Shown here: positions 29,664-39,826 of the stretch, one piece after another
How positions within the stretch are numbered: position 1 is the first letter of the stretch
Layout of the letters: each line of letters starts with the position of its first letter
DNA from: Candidatus Curtissbacteria bacterium RIFCSPHIGHO2_12_FULL_41_17
Lineage (GTDB): Bacteria; Patescibacteriota; Microgenomatia; Curtissbacterales; GWA2-41-24
Length of the DNA: 64,000 nucleotides
NCBI GenBank assembly: GCA_001774945.1
Contig: MFBL01000043.1
Location: 2,782 to 66,781 of the forward strand
Direction of reading: 5' to 3'
Notes under the pieces: model-generated
Databases searched by the model: none
Seen by the model: the letters and a program-made list of their open reading frames with translations, nothing else
Told to the model about the DNA's origin: nothing
Program-made: the position numbers and the translations under genes

Positions 29664-30354
29664 GCGATTTTGGTAATAAGTACGAACGTATTTGAGAAAT
29701 TTCAATAAGTTTGTTCGGATGAAGCTCCTCAAGCTCTTTGATACCGGCAATAACTTTTGACTGTTTAGCCGTAATGCTTTGCGTGTCGCGATGATAAGTA
29801 AAAAGGGATTTATTTATATGTTGACCATTCCATTTGCCAAGAGTTCTCAAGAATAAATCATATTCGATAAAAGTAATATTAGGATTGTAAAGCCCCTCAT
29901 CCAATACCCGCTTCCGCCTCATCATTACACCAATCATTACACTTTCAAATATATTTTTAGGCGAAACTGTTTTTTTATTCCCCTTATATTCCTCTATGTA
30001 GTCACAATATACAAAATCTACAGAACTTGAACTGTCAAGAACTTCCGCCTCCTGTGAAAGCAAATCGGGATCAAATTCATCATCGCCGTCAAGAAAAACG
30101 ATGTAATCTCCTTGACTTGATAAAATTCCCGTGTTTGCCGCTTGAGCATGTCCTTGATTTTCTTGATTGACTATCCGTAAATTTTTAACAGATGCGAACT
30201 TTTTTATTATCTCCAAAGTCTTGTCGGTCGAACCGTCATTGACAACAACAACCTCGAAGTCTTCTTCTGGGTAATTTTGTCCAAGGGAACTTTTAATAGC
30301 TCTTTCTAAGGTTTTCTCATTATTAAAAGCCCTGATAATAATTGAGACTTTCAT
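29647..30354 (-). CDS. GT2 glycosyltransferase
   Basis: VSIIIRAFN, VNDGSTD, FLDGDD. Confidence 0.9.
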   Translation of the reverse strand: MKVSIIIRAFNNEKTLERAIKSSLGQNYPEEDFEVVVVNDGSTDKTLEIIKKFASVKNLRIVNQENQGHAQAANTGILSSQGDYIVFLDGDDEFDPDLLSQEAEVLDSSSSVDFVYCDYIEEYKGNKKTVSPKNIFESVMIGVMMRRKRVLDEGLYNPNITFIEYDLFLRTLGKWNGQHINKSLFTYHRDTQSITAKQSKVIAGIKELEELHPNKLIEISQIRSYLLPKSHGKSY

Positions 30355-30357
30355 TTA

Positions 30358-31602
30358 TCAATTATCCATGCCTTTACCAAAGAGAATGTAAGAGTTTACT
30401 CTTGGCTCCTTTGAAGCGCTCACTTGAAAAACACAACTATCTTTTTTTGTAAGGCGAACTTTACCAACACCCTCATCTCTTATGTGACCAGTAACAGAAT
30501 CTTTTAGTGTCCAATTATGTTCACTACTCTTCCTCCAAATTTTAAGATTCCTAAATTGGTCTATCAAAAAATAAAAACCCAGCTCTGTCATCCCTATCCA
30601 GTCCAAAAATAATTGCAGATTTTGGGGTTTTTTATTTTGGTAATTCTTAACCTGATTAATTCCTTCTTCTCGAGTTAACCTTTTTAGCCTAATTTCTCTT
30701 ACGGCATGATCCGTTGCTTTACCATAACCCAATTTCAAAAATTTAATATAATCATGTACGTCCGAGTAATTAAAACAGTCGACATCATTATAGGTATCAA
30801 AAGTTCTAGTTTGAGCAGCAGTTTGATAGCCGTACTCCTTTATCATATCTTCATGCTGTTTTTTTGAATCCCATCGAATGTAATTGGAGAGATATATGCC
30901 GCGGATACCAATCCTTTCGATTTCCTTATCGTGAGGATAGATAAATGGTGTTAAATCTTCACGGCTTAGGTAATTTTGCTGATCAATCAGGTCTTCTGCT
31001 TCATAATCCAGAAGATCATGCTCCTTGCGGTATTTTCTAGTCATTTCAACTTCATCCAAGTGAGAAAACATACCCACCTGGTCGATACCCTGATGCCCCC
31101 CCCAAATAATTAACGGAATTTTAAATCTAACAGCTGTTTGAACAGGAAAAACCGTTTGGCCGGCAAGGCAATGCCAATACATACTGCCCATTTTTTGTAA
31201 AGTTACCTTGGTAATTTTTTTAACAATTTTGGGATTAACAGTCAATGTAAGCAAATCACAATCAAATAGGGTTTTGAGGTAAGCTAAATTTCTAATCCCA
31301 ATAGGAGTATTATATTGTTTATTATAAGTAACCAGCAGGGGATTCATTTTATAAATATTTTTTATAGTATGAACAATAAAGTAAGAATCCCTTGCTCCGG
31401 AAACGGGAACAATACAGTCATAATTTTCTTTTGATTTATTCCTGAAACCATCCAAAATCCTCTTGAGTTTTTTGATCCGCTTGTCCCAATCCAGAATATC
31501 TTTTTCTTCATGGACCCTGCAGCCGCTGCAAACCCCCTCGTTGTCAAAAGTAATATTTAATGGGTGGTTAGCCGGATATATACAACGTGTGCAGTATTTC
31601 AT
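30358..31602 (-). CDS. N-acetyl sugar amidotransferase (PseA/WbuX/WbpG-like), copy 1
   Basis: CTRC...CSGC, PVSGARDS (PP-loop variant), KLGYGKATD, TREE; start MKYCTRC at 31602. Confidence 0.88.
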   Translation of the reverse strand: MKYCTRCIYPANHPLNITFDNEGVCSGCRVHEEKDILDWDKRIKKLKRILDGFRNKSKENYDCIVPVSGARDSYFIVHTIKNIYKMNPLLVTYNKQYNTPIGIRNLAYLKTLFDCDLLTLTVNPKIVKKITKVTLQKMGSMYWHCLAGQTVFPVQTAVRFKIPLIIWGGHQGIDQVGMFSHLDEVEMTRKYRKEHDLLDYEAEDLIDQQNYLSREDLTPFIYPHDKEIERIGIRGIYLSNYIRWDSKKQHEDMIKEYGYQTAAQTRTFDTYNDVDCFNYSDVHDYIKFLKLGYGKATDHAVREIRLKRLTREEGINQVKNYQNKKPQNLQLFLDWIGMTELGFYFLIDQFRNLKIWRKSSEHNWTLKDSVTGHIRDEGVGKVRLTKKDSCVFQVSASKEPRVNSYILFGKGMDN

Positions 31603-31603
31603 A

Positions 31604-32476
31604 TTAAATAATCTCAGGAGGATAATATTTGAATCTTTGCTCGGCAAGGTACCGATCTGGTCTTTTAGCAATCCTGCCCCCGTCATCAAATTCAAAATCC
31701 ATATAATGTGCCTGCGTGTCAAATCTTATATCGATGCCTTTCTTTTGCAGGTATGCTTTAGCGTTTATTACGCTATGCTCTGTGAAATGAAAAAAATTGC
31801 CTGCTGCCGCACAATTTGCCCTACCTTGTGTCATTACGTCAACAAAGTCTTGTGGATGTCCTGCTCCGCCACAGGCGATTACCGGAATATCAACAGCCTC
31901 TACTATCATCCTGACCATATTAATGTCATACCCAACCTTTGATCCGTTCCTGTCAACACAGTTGAGCAATATCTCTCCAGCCCCCAAACTTGCTAAAGTT
32001 TTGGCCCATTTGACCGGATCTTTTTCCGGTATATCAATGCCGAAATTGGAAAAAACAGAATATTTTTTATCTTTGTCTAATTTAACATCAATCGATGCAA
32101 CTATGCACTGGTTGCCCAATATGGATGCCCCCTTTTTAATCAAAAGAGGGTCTTTCAAGGCAGCACTATTAATAGCAATTTTATCTGCGCCAAATTTTAC
32201 CAACTTCTGCATGTCGCCAACCGAACTTATTCCCCCGCCAACCACCAAGGGCACGAAGCATTTTTTTGAAACACTTTGAATTTCTAAAAAATCCGGCCCC
32301 TGGTCTTTAGGAGTCGCTGATATGTCTAAATAAATTATTTCATCTATACCCCAGGAATTTAGAAATTCGACGGCAATTTGGGCTTTTCCTACCGGTAGAT
32401 ATTTAGAAAAGCCGATACTTTGGACGACTATACCATCGCGGATGACCAAAATTGCTGTTAACCTTTTTTTTAACAT
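31604..32476 (-). CDS. HisF-like cyclase subunit of the glycan amidotransferase complex (WbuZ-like)
   Basis: VVQSIGF, DEIIYLDI, VGGGI, GADKIAINS, GAGEILLN.VDRNG, ACGGAG. Confidence 0.9.
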   Translation of the reverse strand: MLKKRLTAILVIRDGIVVQSIGFSKYLPVGKAQIAVEFLNSWGIDEIIYLDISATPKDQGPDFLEIQSVSKKCFVPLVVGGGISSVGDMQKLVKFGADKIAINSAALKDPLLIKKGASILGNQCIVASIDVKLDKDKKYSVFSNFGIDIPEKDPVKWAKTLASLGAGEILLNCVDRNGSKVGYDINMVRMIVEAVDIPVIACGGAGHPQDFVDVMTQGRANCAAAGNFFHFTEHSVINAKAYLQKKGIDIRFDTQAHYMDFEFDDGGRIAKRPDRYLAEQRFKYYPPEII

Positions 32477-33100
32477 TTAATTGATGCCGCAATAATTAAA
32501 AAAACTTCGATAAATCCGCAAGCCGTTATTTTGGCTCTTCTCCGGATGAAACTGGACACCGAAAATATTATCCTTTTGTATTGCGGCTATCATCTTATGA
32601 CCATAAATGAAAGTAGCCGCAACAAACTTGTTATTGCAAACAAAGTGATAACTGTGATCAAAGTAAAAATTCGTGTTGGAAGACACACGCGAAAAAAGCG
32701 GATTTTTAGAAACGGCATGAATATTATTCCAACCCACATGGGGAACTCTAATTTCCTGGCCGGGTGGAACTTTCGCTACGTGTCCACTAACCCATCCAAG
32801 ACCTTTATGGAAGCCGTTTTCAACAGAATCATTCGCCAGAATTTGCATTCCCAAACATACCCCCAGGATTGGCTTTTTTCGCTTTATAACTTCATGGGCC
32901 AATACATCAACTATGCCAATTGCTTTTAAATTTTTCATCGCCTCTGGGAAAGCTCCAACTCCCGGGAGGATATAGGCTTGTGCTCTTTTAATATCCGCAG
33001 GAGAATTAGAGATTAAAAAATCATAACCTAAGAACGTTAGCGTATTTGCAACCGATTGGTGGTTCCCCAGTTTGTAATCTATTAATAATATTTTTTTCAT
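32477..33100 (-). CDS. HisH-like glutamine amidotransferase subunit (WbuY-like)
   Basis: LPGVGAF, LGVCLGMQ, PHVGWN, QFHPEKS; start MKKILLIDY at 33100. Confidence 0.92.
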   Translation of the reverse strand: MKKILLIDYKLGNHQSVANTLTFLGYDFLISNSPADIKRAQAYILPGVGAFPEAMKNLKAIGIVDVLAHEVIKRKKPILGVCLGMQILANDSVENGFHKGLGWVSGHVAKVPPGQEIRVPHVGWNNIHAVSKNPLFSRVSSNTNFYFDHSYHFVCNNKFVAATFIYGHKMIAAIQKDNIFGVQFHPEKSQNNGLRIYRSFFNYCGIN

Positions 33101-34218
33101 ATTAATGGCGTTTTTAAAACCCATTTTCCCTGTTTGTCTTTCTTCCAAATATCTTTGTTTCTGAATGATTCAACAACTTGCCAAAATTTATTTTCTAATA
33201 TTTCAATGTAGTTGCAGAATTTTTTAATGTAATAATTGGAACATTTTCCATCATATTTTTTAACCAGATCCACCGCTTCTTCGCGGGTCATTCTACCAAA
33301 TCTAATCTCTTCACATACCTCGTCCGTAACTTGTCCAAAGCCATACTTTATGTATTTGATCATTTGATTAACAATTACGAAATCATCATCCAGTGCGTTA
33401 AATGGGAAAATATGTCCGGTATTGCCCGGAGAGTCTTCCCTGATTTCCAGTCCTCTTGCTATCGAAAACTTTGCATTATCCAGCTTGGTAAAATCTCGCC
33501 AGTAGTAGCCCAAATATTGGATCTTTAACTTTCCCCATTCCAACTCTTCATCCGAAGAGTAACGATACCAAAGAGCTTGCTGTCTAGCTATATTTTCGTC
33601 CTCAAGTAACTCATCTGGGTTGCCTCCGGCAAGAGTATTTGAGTACTTCATTTTACCCGCGTCTGCCGAAATGGAGCCAACCCCTAAATCACCTAACTGA
33701 ATAGCAGGATTTTCACCTAAAAAAATTAGGGGAATTTGATAAGCGATGGCAACTTTTGGGGCGCTTGCGTAAAGTGCCATTTCCGTTGATTTTGCCCAGT
33801 TACCGTATTTTAAAAAACTGCGGCGCATCAGCTTTTTCCATATTTGGGGAGCCGGAGCAATTGTTACTGTGTCAAAACCTAAGGATATTAAATTGCTAAT
33901 ATTGTGGGCACCTCTTTCGGTTAACTGCTCCGGAGGATAACCACAACAAACCAGCAGCGGTTTTAATCCTAGCCCATCTCGAACGTACAAAGATTGCCTA
34001 GTGCTGTCTTTCCCGCCGCTTACACCGACAATACAATCATAACCTGAAACATTATGTTTCTTTCCAAAATCGGCGATTTCCAGAAGTTCTCGTTTCCTCT
34101 GCTCCCAATCAATCTCATCAAATTTCGCTGTGAACCGACAGGGAGGACAAATGCCATCAGAGTCAAACTTTATGCCCGGCCTTGTGTCGGGCTGGACGCA
34201 TTTTTTGCAGTATCTCAT
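33097..34218 (-). CDS. N-acetyl sugar amidotransferase (PseA-like), copy 2
   Basis: CKKC..PDTRP, CPPC, VSGGKDS, FLGEN, KYGFG, TREEA. Confidence 0.9.
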   Translation of the reverse strand: MRYCKKCVQPDTRPGIKFDSDGICPPCRFTAKFDEIDWEQRKRELLEIADFGKKHNVSGYDCIVGVSGGKDSTRQSLYVRDGLGLKPLLVCCGYPPEQLTERGAHNISNLISLGFDTVTIAPAPQIWKKLMRRSFLKYGNWAKSTEMALYASAPKVAIAYQIPLIFLGENPAIQLGDLGVGSISADAGKMKYSNTLAGGNPDELLEDENIARQQALWYRYSSDEELEWGKLKIQYLGYYWRDFTKLDNAKFSIARGLEIREDSPGNTGHIFPFNALDDDFVIVNQMIKYIKYGFGQVTDEVCEEIRFGRMTREEAVDLVKKYDGKCSNYYIKKFCNYIEILENKFWQVVESFRNKDIWKKDKQGKWVLKTPLI

Positions 34219-34769
34219 TTTCTTTTAGGTGCATCGAATTCACTTGATAATATTCCATACTCAACAATATCCGCATACTCTCTGTCTTTAAAAAACGCTT
34301 TTCTTCTTCTTCCTTCCTCAATCATCCCCAAAGAAACGGCAAGTTTTTGCATGGCAATATTTTTTGATGACGTGCCACAATAAATTCTATTCAAATTAAG
34401 TTCGTCAAATCCGTGCTTTAAAATCAAAAGAGCAGCTTCTTTAGAATAACCTTTGTGCCAGTAGTCTTTTTCTCCCAACAATATCGTAAGCTCTCCGCTG
34501 CGGTTAACCGGGTCAATATTTTGAAGAGCGATATTACCAATGTGCAAATTTTTGCCCGTCAAAACAATTGCCAGGACAATTTTATCTTTAGTCTTACTGC
34601 TCTGCTTAATATACTTACGCCCTTCACTGTAAGAGTAGGGGAAAGTGTTATGGGAGTTATATCTGGAGACTTCTTCATTATTTAACCACGAAACGTAATT
34701 ACCTTGAAGATCTTTTTCTTCCAAGGGCCGCAAATATATGTTTTTGCCTGCCAAAAAAGGATTTCTCAT
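34215..34769 (-). CDS. GNAT N-acetyltransferase (PseH/RimJ-like)
   Basis: IYLRPL, HIGNIAL, GEKDYWHKGY, LNLNRI, EGRRRK. Confidence 0.88.
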   Translation of the reverse strand: MRNPFLAGKNIYLRPLEEKDLQGNYVSWLNNEEVSRYNSHNTFPYSYSEGRKYIKQSSKTKDKIVLAIVLTGKNLHIGNIALQNIDPVNRSGELTILLGEKDYWHKGYSKEAALLILKHGFDELNLNRIYCGTSSKNIAMQKLAVSLGMIEEGRRRKAFFKDREYADIVEYGILSSEFDAPKRK

Positions 34770-34777
34770 AAGCTTTA

Positions 34778-35482
34778 TTATTTAACCATCTTTTGTGCTG
34801 CCAAAAGGTCTGACGGGTTATCAATATCCACGTTTTCGTTTTCGTCCATGATCACAAACTCTATGCTGTTGTCATCCACCAGTTTATTCATTTTCATCAG
34901 CACTTCGTATTTTGAGAAATAAATCGCGCCGTCTTCCCTATATAAAGGTTTGTAATATTGACGGTTAACTCTCTCTTTTGGATAAAAAGGCACGTATTTA
35001 TTTTTACCTTCATCAAAGCGCCATAACCTACCCCAATCGCGCACAACGCTTACAACGCTATTGCATTTTTTCTTCTGGAATAAATCCAGCGCCTCTTCAA
35101 CTCTCTCTTTTCTTAAAAAGGGAGCAGTAGGGTAGAGAAGCAGCACTATATCACAACGATAACCCTCCTCGTCTTCGAGGTATTTAATTGCATGTTGTAA
35201 AACAGGTAAAGTAGGAGTTTGGTCGTCGGCTAATTCCTTTGGTCTGTCAAACGGAGTTTCGGCACCGTATTTATTGGCAATGGCCTTTATCTCACTATCA
35301 TCGGTTGAAACAATCACTCTATCAATTCTTGGCACTGATAAAGCTAAACCGATTGGCCATGCTATTAGCGGTTTGCCGCCAAGAGGTAGAACATTCTTTC
35401 GTGGAATGGATTTTGAACCGCCTCTGGCGATAATGATGGCAACAATTTTTTTATGGCCGCCTTGTTTATTTTTCATTTTCAA
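34778..35482 (-). CDS. CMP-nonulosonate synthetase (NeuA/PseF family cytidylyltransferase)
   Basis: IIARGGSKSIPRKN, VSTDD, RPKELADD, PTAP, DID. Confidence 0.92.
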   Translation of the reverse strand: MKMKNKQGGHKKIVAIIIARGGSKSIPRKNVLPLGGKPLIAWPIGLALSVPRIDRVIVSTDDSEIKAIANKYGAETPFDRPKELADDQTPTLPVLQHAIKYLEDEEGYRCDIVLLLYPTAPFLRKERVEEALDLFQKKKCNSVVSVVRDWGRLWRFDEGKNKYVPFYPKERVNRQYYKPLYREDGAIYFSKYEVLMKMNKLVDDNSIEFVIMDENENVDIDNPSDLLAAQKMVK

Positions 35483-36479
35483 TCAAATTGATTATGTTTT
35501 TAATCGGTCCTTTTATGTAATTAACCGTTGATTTTGCTTTAAAATTTCCTTCGAGATATCTCTTAATCTCTCCTGCCAAATCACTTTTAGCAGTCACAAT
35601 TTTATCACAGAGAATAGATTTTTCTCTTATTAGCTCATTTTTAGAAAGCCCTGGCTGATACGAGACAACATTCCTTCCAACAAGATTTGCAAGATAAAGC
35701 ACAATAGAGTTCATGCCAAAAACCAAACCGTGTTTTTTTAACGAATTTTTTAAATCGAGCCTGTCAATTTTTACGTTACCGTGTTTTTTCAGGTAACTGT
35801 TATATTTACTTGGGTAGTCTTTAGGGTGCAATCGGAGAGATAATTTTACATCTTGCTTCTTTAACCCCGAAAGTACTGCCAAAAGATCATCAAATACACT
35901 AAACTCGTCAAAACCAAACATATTTAATTTATGAGTTTTGTTAACCCTCGATAATGGTTGAGAAATAAATAATATTGAGTCATGTTCATTGCCGGAAGTT
36001 CCGAAGCCAGTTGTAAAATATTCAAAATAGGGATTACCGGTAACGCAAATTACTTTCGGATTAAACCCTAACTTAACCATCTCCTTTTTTGCAAGGTCAT
36101 CCATCACGCAAATTAAATCCGGTAAAAATTTGAAGTCTCCCGGGTTGTTTGAAAATCTTTGAACGTAATTTGACCAGTAATCAAGGATATAAATTGATCT
36201 TATTTTGCGCTTCTTGCAGTAATATAAAACTTTCTTGTCGATAGTAGGACCAACGCTTGTTCCCGCTAAAAAAAGGTTTGGCTTAAACTTTGTCAGCATC
36301 CTTTCCAACTCTGCCTGGCTGATCTTATCAGCGTCTTTAAAATCAATATCCCATGAGCAGAAAATCTTTTTGGCGGGTCCCTCGATAATATTTAATAGAG
36401 TATGCTTTTTGAGTTTTCTTATAAGCGGGAAAACAGCATTGGCAGCTCCAGGGTCAGACGCGCTAACAACGACCCTCAT
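35466..36479 (-). CDS. GT-B fold protein of unknown function in the pse block
   Basis: DPGAAN, LDYW.NY, VTGNPYF, FISQP, LRLHPK, GMNS. Confidence 0.55.
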   Translation of the reverse strand: MRVVVSASDPGAANAVFPLIRKLKKHTLLNIIEGPAKKIFCSWDIDFKDADKISQAELERMLTKFKPNLFLAGTSVGPTIDKKVLYYCKKRKIRSIYILDYWSNYVQRFSNNPGDFKFLPDLICVMDDLAKKEMVKLGFNPKVICVTGNPYFEYFTTGFGTSGNEHDSILFISQPLSRVNKTHKLNMFGFDEFSVFDDLLAVLSGLKKQDVKLSLRLHPKDYPSKYNSYLKKHGNVKIDRLDLKNSLKKHGLVFGMNSIVLYLANLVGRNVVSYQPGLSKNELIREKSILCDKIVTAKSDLAGEIKRYLEGNFKAKSTVNYIKGPIKNIINLIENEK

Positions 36480-37750
36480 TCTAAAAGTTCCAATTTACAT
36501 TGAAGCACTTTATTAACAGCATCGAAAAAAAGATCAATTTGACGATAAGTCCTTGGATGCTGGCATATATCCGTGAATGTCAGCTCTTTCTCATACAATC
36601 TTTCAGTTACCGGACAAAGCCCTCTATCGTAATTGGTATTGTAGCCGTCGTAATCAAAAGGAAAATGGGTTTGATTGAAAACATGTTTTTCTTGAAAAAG
36701 TTTTAGGAGGTAAATGGGCTTTACATAACCTTTGGACATCGGGAAACCCTCAGCAGCCATGGCTTCAACGAATAGGTTTCTGCTTATACCTAATTTATTT
36801 TCGTCTATCTTGATGGGGAAAACGTAATAAACATGTTTTTTATCTTTATCTTCCTTTGGTAGGATAAAGCCTTCAATATCTGCAAGCTTTGATCGCAAAT
36901 GATTTACAAGGTCTAACCTCTTTTCGTTTAAGAAATCTAATTTTTTAAGTTGGTAATACCCAAGCAGCGCATGGATTTCACTCATCCTAAAATTATTGCC
37001 CATAACCGGTCCCAGATGGTAATTTGGGTCTTCGTCGGCAACTATTTCTCCGTGGTTTCTCACAAGTTGTGCCCGATAGGCGCTGTGTTTATTATTCGTT
37101 ACCAAAACTCCTCCCTCGCCAATTTGGATAACTTTATGAACGTTGAAACTAAAAACTCCAACGTCGGCAATAGTTCCCGTGTACTTACCTTTATATTGCG
37201 CACCAGGAGCTTGAGCATTATCCTCAATAGTTTTAAGTTTATATTTTTTGGCGATTTTAAGAATTTGGTCAAAATCTGCCGGATTCCCAAACAGGTTAAC
37301 AATCATTATCGCCTTTGTTCTTGAACTAATTACTTTTTCAATTGAGGTAGGATCAACACAAAAATTATCCTCATCGATATCCGCAAAAACCGGTACGGCT
37401 CCATTTGCCAAAATGCTTGTTGCAGATGCCGACATCGTGTATGGTGGAACGATAACTTCGTCCCCTGGTCCTATCTCAAGACTTGCGACTGCAGCTTGTA
37501 ATGCGGTTGTTGCGCTATTAAAAGTGACTGCAAATCTGGATCCAAATTTCTTACAAAATAAGAATTCCAACTTTCTAACTTGTTTTCCGCCTAAGAATTT
37601 ATCACCTGTTATCCCGACAAAGTCGGAAAGCGGGCCCTTACCCAGGAGTTTTATAAGAGATTCGATTTCTTTTTTGCTTATATTGTAAACAGGATCGAAA
37701 GGTTTATTTAAAATCGGCTTGCCGCCCAAAATGGCTAATTTTTTCCCCAC
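36476..37750 (-). CDS. DegT family aminotransferase (additional to PseC)
   Basis: NSATTAL, GDEVIVPPYT, EDNAQA, FSFNVHKVIQIGEGG; likely GTG start at 37750 preceded by AAGGAA. Confidence 0.92.
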   Translation of the reverse strand: MGKKLAILGGKPILNKPFDPVYNISKKEIESLIKLLGKGPLSDFVGITGDKFLGGKQVRKLEFLFCKKFGSRFAVTFNSATTALQAAVASLEIGPGDEVIVPPYTMSASATSILANGAVPVFADIDEDNFCVDPTSIEKVISSRTKAIMIVNLFGNPADFDQILKIAKKYKLKTIEDNAQAPGAQYKGKYTGTIADVGVFSFNVHKVIQIGEGGVLVTNNKHSAYRAQLVRNHGEIVADEDPNYHLGPVMGNNFRMSEIHALLGYYQLKKLDFLNEKRLDLVNHLRSKLADIEGFILPKEDKDKKHVYYVFPIKIDENKLGISRNLFVEAMAAEGFPMSKGYVKPIYLLKLFQEKHVFNQTHFPFDYDGYNTNYDRGLCPVTERLYEKELTFTDICQHPRTYRQIDLFFDAVNKVLQCKLELLE

Positions 37751-38712
37751 TTTGAGTTCCTTTCTATGAGGGCTATAATTTTTAAAGCCGCCAGTGCTTC
37801 TTCTCCCCAAACGATATTGTTTTTCTTCCCTAAAAAATAATTATCAATGTTTTTGTAAACCGGGAGCAAACCGCCGGAAATATCGACGAAAAAACCCGAC
37901 TGTCTGGATCTTGTAAGAAAGTTAGACGATCTCTCAACCCGATACAAGTTTAATTTATCATTTTGAATGTTTATTCTGCCATTTTCAAGCAGAATATCCA
38001 TCTCAAATAGATTAAAAAATTTATAGTCCAGCCCTTGAATAAAAGCGTTAAACCCATCCCTAAAACTAATAACGCAATCCATTGTTTTGTCGGTCTCCTT
38101 CGATGCTGCTCTGTCGAAAAATCCTTGAGCACTTTTTACGTCTGGTGAAATCTTGAGCAGCAGGTTTATAAAATGAGAACCGTTATTATATAAGCCCTTA
38201 GTGTACTTGCAGTTTATCGACTGGACCCTACCAAATTTCCCCTCTTTGATGGATTCAATGAGTCTAATGTAACTGTCGGTAAAACCTCGAAAATAATTTA
38301 CGGCAAATCCAACATTATGCTTTTTTGCCTTGTCGACAATTCTTTTTGCACTCTGGTAAGAATATGAAATCGGCTTTTCGCAAAGGATAAATTTAATCCC
38401 CGCGTCGATTGCTAGATCACATATCTGTATATGTGAATTTGTATTGGTGGCAACAACCAAAAGATCAAGTTTCTGACTACTAATCAATTTTTTTGCTGAA
38501 CTGTAAATTGCAACTTGATGGTCTACTTTCCCCTTAAACACTTCTCGCGCCGTCGCGCTTTCATCACTAGCCGCGACTAGTTCAAAATCGTCAATGGCTT
38601 TAATAGCTGACAGATGTGTTGGGTATTTCATCCTACTAACTACATGAGGATCATCCTCGTAACCATGAGTGATTCGTCCAAGTCCAATTATTCCTGTGCT
38701 AATTTTTTTCAT
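37735..38712 (-). CDS. Gfo/Idh/MocA oxidoreductase
   Basis: IIGLGRI, LCEKP, VNYFR, NNGSH. Confidence 0.88.
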   Translation of the reverse strand: MKKISTGIIGLGRITHGYEDDPHVVSRMKYPTHLSAIKAIDDFELVAASDESATAREVFKGKVDHQVAIYSSAKKLISSQKLDLLVVATNTNSHIQICDLAIDAGIKFILCEKPISYSYQSAKRIVDKAKKHNVGFAVNYFRGFTDSYIRLIESIKEGKFGRVQSINCKYTKGLYNNGSHFINLLLKISPDVKSAQGFFDRAASKETDKTMDCVISFRDGFNAFIQGLDYKFFNLFEMDILLENGRINIQNDKLNLYRVERSSNFLTRSRQSGFFVDISGGLLPVYKNIDNYFLGKKNNIVWGEEALAALKIIALIERNSKWGKN

Positions 38713-39824
38713 CGAAGTGCTTTTTTTAAACTCTCAATGACATACATTTGCTCATTTAATTGTAATCCGGCATACAAAGGTAAAGACAAGGCTTGATGGT
38801 AATAGCTTTCGGCGATGGGGAAATCTCCTATCTTGTAATCTTTTCGGTAGAGGCTAAAAAAATGAATCGGAATATAATGAACTTGAACACCTATTCCGTC
38901 TTTGCGCATTTTGTCAAAAACCCTTTTCCTATTTTTAGAATTCATTCTAATTGGAAAAAGATGCCAGGCACTTTTTGCTTCTTTTTTCTCAACGGGCAAT
39001 GAAACGCCATCAACATTTCTCAATTGCTTTTGGTAAATACCCCAGATTTTCCTGCGTGTTTGTATAAAGGAGTCGATTTTTTTAAGCTGGCTTGCACCAA
39101 GAGCTGCTTGTATATCGGTCATCCGAAAGTTGTAGCCAAGCGTATCCACATCGTAATACCATCCGCCTTTACTTTTAGACTCTTTCGGTCTGCTAATTCC
39201 GTGATGCCTGATCTTCTTGATCGTTTCAAAATATCTCTTTTCGTTTGTGGCAACAGCTCCCCCCTCTCCCGTAGTAATTGCTTTGACCGGATGAAAAGAG
39301 AAGGTTGTTAAATCAGCGATACTTCCGATTCGCCTGCCTTTATATACGCTTCCTAAAGCGTGAGAAGCATCGTCGATTAATATTAAGTGATATTTACCAG
39401 CAAGTTTTTTTAATTTATCCCAGTCGGCAGGGTGACCGGCAAAATCCACGGCAATAATCGCTCGGGTTTTTTGAGTAATTTTTTTTTGGGCTTGTTCTAC
39501 ATCAATCGTTATAGTATCTGGATAAACATCACAAAGAACGGGTTTAGCGCCGCAGTATAAGACACAATTGGCACTGGCAACAAAAGTGAGTGCCGGAACG
39601 ATAACTTCATCTCCGGGTCCTATCCCTGCAGCTATACAGGCGGCGTGCAGGGCACATGTTCCATTTGCAACAACGCACGTATATTTGGCGCCGACGAATT
39701 TAGAAAGGGATTTTTCAAACTGCTCTATTCTTTTTCCTTGAGTAATCCAATCAGATTTAAGAGCTTCAACTACGGATGAAATGTCACTGTCATCAATGAG
39801 CTGATGGCCATATGGAATAACCAT
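38709..39824 (-). CDS. pseC: UDP-4-amino-4,6-dideoxy-N-acetyl-beta-L-altrosamine transaminase
   Basis: IPYGHQ, WITQG, FSFHPVKAITTGEGG, GYNFRMTDIQAALG, GVQVHYIP; directly downstream of pseB. Confidence 0.88.
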   Translation of the reverse strand: MVIPYGHQLIDDSDISSVVEALKSDWITQGKRIEQFEKSLSKFVGAKYTCVVANGTCALHAACIAAGIGPGDEVIVPALTFVASANCVLYCGAKPVLCDVYPDTITIDVEQAQKKITQKTRAIIAVDFAGHPADWDKLKKLAGKYHLILIDDASHALGSVYKGRRIGSIADLTTFSFHPVKAITTGEGGAVATNEKRYFETIKKIRHHGISRPKESKSKGGWYYDVDTLGYNFRMTDIQAALGASQLKKIDSFIQTRRKIWGIYQKQLRNVDGVSLPVEKKEAKSAWHLFPIRMNSKNRKRVFDKMRKDGIGVQVHYIPIHFFSLYRKDYKIGDFPIAESYYHQALSLPLYAGLQLNEQMYVIESLKKALR

Positions 39825-39826
39825 AA

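Noticed and set aside
31604-33100. Histidine biosynthesis hisF/hisH
   Set aside because: Flanked by N-acetyl-sugar amidotransferases with no other his genes; matches the WbuY/WbuZ-type ammonia supply.
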